A stretch of 52,690 nucleotides of DNA, filler included, from Bipalium vagum (lineage: Eukaryota), in the NCBI GenBank assembly GCA_037834085.1. It is 3 parts of 3 records of this genome, joined end to end, with 100 filler letters (N's around TTAATTAATTAA, not from the genome) between each part and the next. Parts side by side here need not be neighbours in the genome. Positions count along the whole stretch, not along the records: positions 36,851 to 52,690 come from JBBMKC010143085.1; 2 more parts are not named here. One strand, 5' to 3'. Positions 48,101 through 52,690 of this stretch are shown piece by piece. Numbering within the stretch: the first letter of the stretch is position 1; the number at the start of each line of letters is the position of its first letter. Position numbers and translations under genes: made by a program. The notes beneath the pieces were generated by a model. That model worked only from the letters and a program-made list of their open reading frames with translations. It was not told where the DNA came from and made no database searches.

Positions 48101-51022
48101 ATTTTTTTTGAATTTTTTTATTTAAATGGAAACACGGAACATTTTGCTTTAGAAAGATATAAAGTTCACTTAAGAAAAATGAAATGACTTCATACAAATG
48201 CTTAACACACACTTAAAATACATTCAAAATGGTCTAAAGGTTCAGATCAAATCCGTTCTAAAATATAACGAACATCAAATACCAATAACTGTTGAATAAT
48301 AAAAATAAATCTGTTTTATTAAAATTAAAAAGTTAAATCTCTTTTTTTATTTTCATATTTCAAAGGCAGTAGTACGGTTTTTTAGTTCTGATAAAACCAC
48401 AAAAGCTCTCATGGTCAACGAGAAAATGACCGTCGGTGACGTCATCACAGTGCTCATGGAGAAAAACTTTTGGATTCCTTCCTTAAAATCTGCAATTGTA
48501 GAAAAAGTTCCGTGTTTAAAAATGGGTGAGGAATTCTATTAAGTTTAATTCAAATTCTTAAGAACTCTTATTCGTCTTAATTCTAATTAAGAATGGTGTC
48601 ATTTTTTTTATTACTTTTTCAAATAATAATTAAAATAAATTGAAAAATTATTGGATAAAAATCGAACATAAACCTTCTTTAACATTACCGTTCAAGACCA
48701 TATAACATTCATAGGTAAAATGAATTGCCAATAGTCAGAAATAAAGCCTGCTACCCCTTCACATTTTCATTTTATTAAATTATAGATTAATAAAAATGTT
48801 ACTTCTACGTAAAAGAAAATAACCGGGTGCCTTAGAAAATTTACGAAAAAATTATTAATTTTCAAATGAGATAAAAAATTCATTTCTACTATCAACATTC
48901 AATTTTCTTTCAATTTCCAAAATTCTGAAGAATCATCGCCAAAAATTATGAGAATTTGCCCAGTTTTATATAAATATCAAAAATTGCATTTTCCTAAGAC
49001 TATAATTTTATAATAATAATAATTTTTTATTATAAGTTTTTTTATTGTCTGATATGTTTTGTCTTTATATTATTCGTGATCATTTTTTAATTTATTAATT
49101 TTGTTTTAATTTTATATTTTTCCCTTTTTTATTAAAAATTGGTGTAACAATAACAAAAACAAGTAAAATAACTGATCCAGATCTTGATGTGATTATGATT
49201 AGTGTTTCTATACCCGTAATATTTGATTACCTTTTTGTTTAATCAGACTAATGTTAATAATATGTCGACTACCGAAATTTATATTCGAAAATTAATAGTG
49301 GACAAGTACTCTTAAGACATAACTATTTCTCAATGAAATATCGCCCAGAAATTAAAATTGCCTAACTCAACAGTGCAAAATGTTCTGGGAAGTTATCGTA
49401 AAACTTAGACCATCGACAGATAAAATGGTTCTGGTAGAAAATCAGGAAATTTCAAAGAGATACTAACTTATCGGTACGCACCATAGCGAATAAAGTTGGA
49501 ATGTCTATATCAACTGTTCACAGAAATAAAATTCGAGCTGTATTGAAAATATTTAAAGTGCAAAAAGTCCCTGAAACTAAAGAAGTCGTCGCCAAAAAAC
49601 GAGATAGAAAGTTATACGATGATTTTTTTTTAAAATTTGAATACTGCATTTTGATGACGAAACATACTGCGACGATGACTTCAATCAAATTCTAGGACAG
49701 AAATTCTATGTTGTGACACGAGGATGTAGAGCATCAAAATATAAAAATAAAAACGTATCAAAGTTCTTTTTAAAATATTTGGTGTGATACACAATATGTT
49801 CAATTGATCGAAAAAGTTAAGAATTTGTTCATAAAGGACCAATCAATAGCTAGATTTACATTAAGGTTTGCCTGGTAAAACGATTTGTTCCAATTTTTAG
49901 TCCATTATTTTTCCTGTATTATTTTGGCCAGATTTGACAACTTCCTATTACAGTATATAAGCTCAAGAATTCTACAACAAGAACATCATCAATGTAGTTC
50001 CAAAAGAAGCTAATCCACCAAATTATCCGGAATTAGATCGAGTGATATTGGGCCAATATAAAATCTGATATCAAAAGAACAAACTTTAAAACAGTTAACC
50101 TTAAAGAGTTCCAGCATAAATGGAGTAATCAACCAAATAACATCAGTAAAGCTGATATTCGGACACTCATGGGCAAACTGAAATCGAACAATGGTTATTT
50201 TTGGAGTGAAAATTGATTTCAGTTTGTATCTTTAGCATTTGTATTGTTAAATACACTATCGAAATAAATATAACTTTAAAATATTTCAATTTAGTTTTTA
50301 TATTTTTTCCATTTCATGCCTGCCGGATTTTTTCTGAAACACTGTATTAGTACTGTCTCAATTTCATCAGGAGAATATTATTTATAAAAAATTTATATTT
50401 TTGACATTTTTCTCTCAGATTTATTCTTAGATATTTGCATGTGAAGGAAAAACTTTTAGAATGACAGTAAACTTTTTTTATTCTAGCTGTCAATTTTTTT
50501 ATATTTTTACTGAGTTCAGCTCTCAAGGATTTAATTTAATGTTAAACTGTTTCATATTATATAGAAATAATTAAATATAAAATAAATCTTATTGTTATAT
50601 TATTCATTAATATTTTCGACAAAGCAAAAGCCAGTATTATTTTACACCTGAGTTTTCGAAATACTGTTGTAACTATTAATATACTTAATTATACTATAAT
50701 GTATTATGGGGTTATTCATTGTATTACTTCTCTCAAGAAATTAATTAATTATTTTTATAGGGACAATAAATATAAAATATTGTCTGAAAAATGTAAGCAT
50801 TTTAAAATTATGCCTGTCAATATCAGATTAATTTACTATGGATATAATTTCTCCAATGGGAAAAGTTTTCCCTAATGATGTATCTATAATTTCCTTTCAG
50901 AGCGCTTCCTTGAGGAACAAGAATATCTTTTGGATTGCGTTAGGAGTTGGCCACCTACCTGTACAAACATGATATTCTTTGAACAGAGAGACGATATATA
51001 TGGCATGTTCGAAAATGCTAAG
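39183..51022 (+). CDS. RAPH1/APBB1IP: MRL-family (RIAM/lamellipodin/MIG-10/Pico) Ras-association (RA-PH) adaptor, N-terminal part
   Basis: Phase-compatible exons 39183-39239, 41135-41297, 42155-42225, 44500-44859, 45757-45828, 48366-48525, 50901-51022. The last two encode an RA domain: AVVRFFSSDKTTKALMVNEKMTVGDVITVLMEKN...IVEKVPCLKMERFLEEQEYLLDCVRSW...NMIFFEQRDDIYGMFENAK (cf. RIAM STKSLMVDER...ERFFEDHE...W...NKILF). N-terminal helix MESLSDLDDCINTLERLQLTL and an EVH1-type motif DFPAPPP. The PH domain is expected beyond the window; Grb7/10/14 identity is not excluded. Confidence 0.85.
39901..40955 (-). mobile_element. Internally deleted mariner with both TIRs (MRL intron 1)
   Basis: TIR pair TAGGTTAAAACATAATTCTTTGCGATTTT / AAAATCCCGAAAAATTATGTTGTAACCTAA-TA; motifs CVPYRL, HEERFLHRIITGNKKCCLYTN, DVLQHPPYSP. 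Confidence 0.85.
43557..43993 (-). mobile_element. Probable solo LTR (Gypsy or BEL type)
   Basis: 437-bp GC-elevated island with termini TATTAG...GTAATA (read as decayed TGTTA...TAACA) and TAAA on both flanks. The minus strand has CTATATAAG, a downstream CAGTT and a small GTGAGT...CAG intron-like segment. Confidence 0.5.
45030..45570 (-). mobile_element. mariner catalytic-region remnant
   Basis: Minus-strand AKWIVHDNVVLNRSW (DEKWIxYDNVxRKRSW) and IKFDFYCS (I.S..YC.QL). Confidence 0.6.
46420..47752 (-). mobile_element. DD37E (L31-like) Tc1/mariner-superfamily element
   Basis: WILDDDSYF, KFKPKLLVCIAMSNRG, AINSEIYINQCLRLRLLP, YIFWPDFASAHY...PVVPECRPIDDFW with 37 residues between the second D and the third catalytic position; TIR TGTCCGGATTTTTCATTGTCATACGTT at ~47725-47751. 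Confidence 0.85.
49200..50344 (+). mobile_element. ITmD37E (mosquito-type DD37E) element, dead
   Basis: DDETYC, GQKFYV, LFWPDLTTSYY, NVVPKEANPPNYPEL; right end CCGGATTTTTCTGAAACACTG-TA, degenerate left end TAGTGTTTCT at ~49200. Confidence 0.85.
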
Positions 51023-51543
51023 GTTGATTGATTTCATTAAAATTACAGAAGGGGGGATTTTGACATAATGATGTTACTAGTTATTTTTATTTTAATAATG
51101 ATTTATTTATTTATTTATATTATTATTACTACGTTTTTCAACAAAATAGTACCATCATTTCTGAAGTACTATTTCTATATTTTAATAAACTTGAAAATCA
51201 ACTGTTAGTGATATGAAATATTTTGGTCTATTTTTCAACACTTTTTTCCGTTGTGTACCTACCATCTATCTGGGTGTAGTTAAATTAAATGAAAAAGGAA
51301 ACGTACTGATTTGAAATTTATAAAGTGTCCGGTAAGCTGTTTTATTAGAACATCTTTGAAGCAATTTACAGCCAAAAATTACATAGACTTGGGCAATATT
51401 AACATCTATCGACTTATAACCCATAATTTTAATATTTTTAAGATTATTAATGTTATCACTTATCGAGAATATTTATACAAATTTAGTCAAACCAATGGAA
51501 TCCTATAGTAATAAATAAAAATATAATATTAAAATTATATATA

Positions 51544-52561
51544 CACCGTTTTCGCCTCTTTTTTGACAACAGTATTTTTTTGACATTGTAAAGGTCTGTT
51601 TTGACAATATAAAGTTTAAGTTTGACATTGTAAAATTCTATTTTGACAAAAATGTTAATTACAAGAGGTATATGTTCACAACGTTAAAAAATCAAAAAAT
51701 TCAATTAGAAATACATTTATTTATCAATAATTTCCTTTTCATGCATCTTGGAATGTATGAAGCCATATTGCGATAGAAACCAGAACAATCTTCACTTGTA
51801 ATAACCCTTGATCCATTATTTATATGTTTCATTAAAGATTCTTTATTTCTATTCTCTCTCTTCGTAAAAATTCATTCCGTTTTAAAAAGGTTAGTATGGA
51901 AGTAAAAATAATAAACTGAAACCGTTTTCCTCTATGATTTTCTTTTTTCTTGTAGTTTTATGGAAAAGAACATTGTCCATTATTAAATCCGATTTCATAT
52001 ACATATTTTTTAAGCAAAGCTATTAGATTTTCTATATATTCAAAAAACATTAATTATTAAAAGGACGAGTTTGAGCAGCATAAGACAAAATAAAGATTCC
52101 ATATTCATTGTGCAACAACAAATATATTTCTTGACCTTATGCTTCTTGTAAAGATTGGATAACTTAGATAAGTTTTTATCCTTAAAAGATCGGTCTTTCT
52201 TAGCTCTTATCCTTACATTAAAGCCAACTTCGTCAATAAAAATACGTTACTTTCAGAAACTTGAGAAAGAAGTTTAATAAGTTCTTGTGCATTGCAAAAT
52301 GTTGATTGTAAATTGGATGCATCATTTCCTTTTGCTGGAATATTATGCACTCGTTTCAAGGAATAATTAAAATCTGATTTAAAATTGTTGATTGTAATCT
52401 TTGAAACCGTTACATTGCATTATTTCAAACATTTATCAGCAATTTTGTTTAAAGAGATCGAACAGTCTTCATACATTCATTCTTTAGTAACATTTTGCTG
52501 TTCAGCCGATAATTTTGTCAAAATTAGAATTTACAATGTCAAAATAGAGGTAAAAACGGTG
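51544..52561 (-). mobile_element. IS630/Tc1-like element with TIRs and TA target duplication, 5'-deleted
   Basis: TA-CACCGTTTTCGCCTCTTTTTTGACA ... TGTCAAAATAGAGGTAAAAACGGTG-TA; motifs FNYSLKRVHNIP, FIDEVGFNVRIR, LIMDNVLFHK, ITSEDCSGFYRNM. Confidence 0.9.
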
Positions 52562-52690
52562 TAGTTCAAACCTTAATCAATTAAATTTTATTATATCAGG
52601 TTGTCCCACATGCAATGACGATTTTCTGTATAATAATTTCAATGATTTATTAATCAATCAATTCTTATTATTAACATTGTTATAATATAT

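Overview
AT-rich metazoan nuclear scaffold (standard genetic code, no prokaryotic features). Three host genes can be assembled by hand from GT-AG splice sites. (1) A true ankyrin (ANK2/unc-44 type, + strand, 9 exons at 7536-17770, ankyrin repeats ~2-14 only). (2) An anoctamin-8 (TMEM16H) orthologue (- strand, exons at 20908-29826, plus a probable first coding exon at 36851-37056). (3) An MRL-family (RIAM/lamellipodin/MIG-10/Pico) Ras-association adaptor (+ strand, 7 exons at 39183-51022, running off the window). Introns are either tiny (41-57 nt, one of 127 nt) or 0.7 kb to several kb long and filled with about 20 dead transposons: several mariner subfamilies, Tc1/IS630-like DD34E, DD37E, pogo/Tigger, Chapaev3, possibly Merlin and Polinton, and a probable solo LTR. 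There are three 100-bp assembly gaps, two carrying an artificial TTAATTAATTAA spacer. I found no rRNA, tRNA or CRISPR and cannot support a wholly new biological system. The best leads are the bimodal TE-driven intron architecture, GTT donors confined to long introns, 21-bp-periodic subterminal arrays in IS630-like elements, a divergent MRL protein, and a possible Polinton relic with orphan ORFs between the head-to-head ANO8 and MRL genes. Family assignments rest on motifs recalled from memory; no database search was run.
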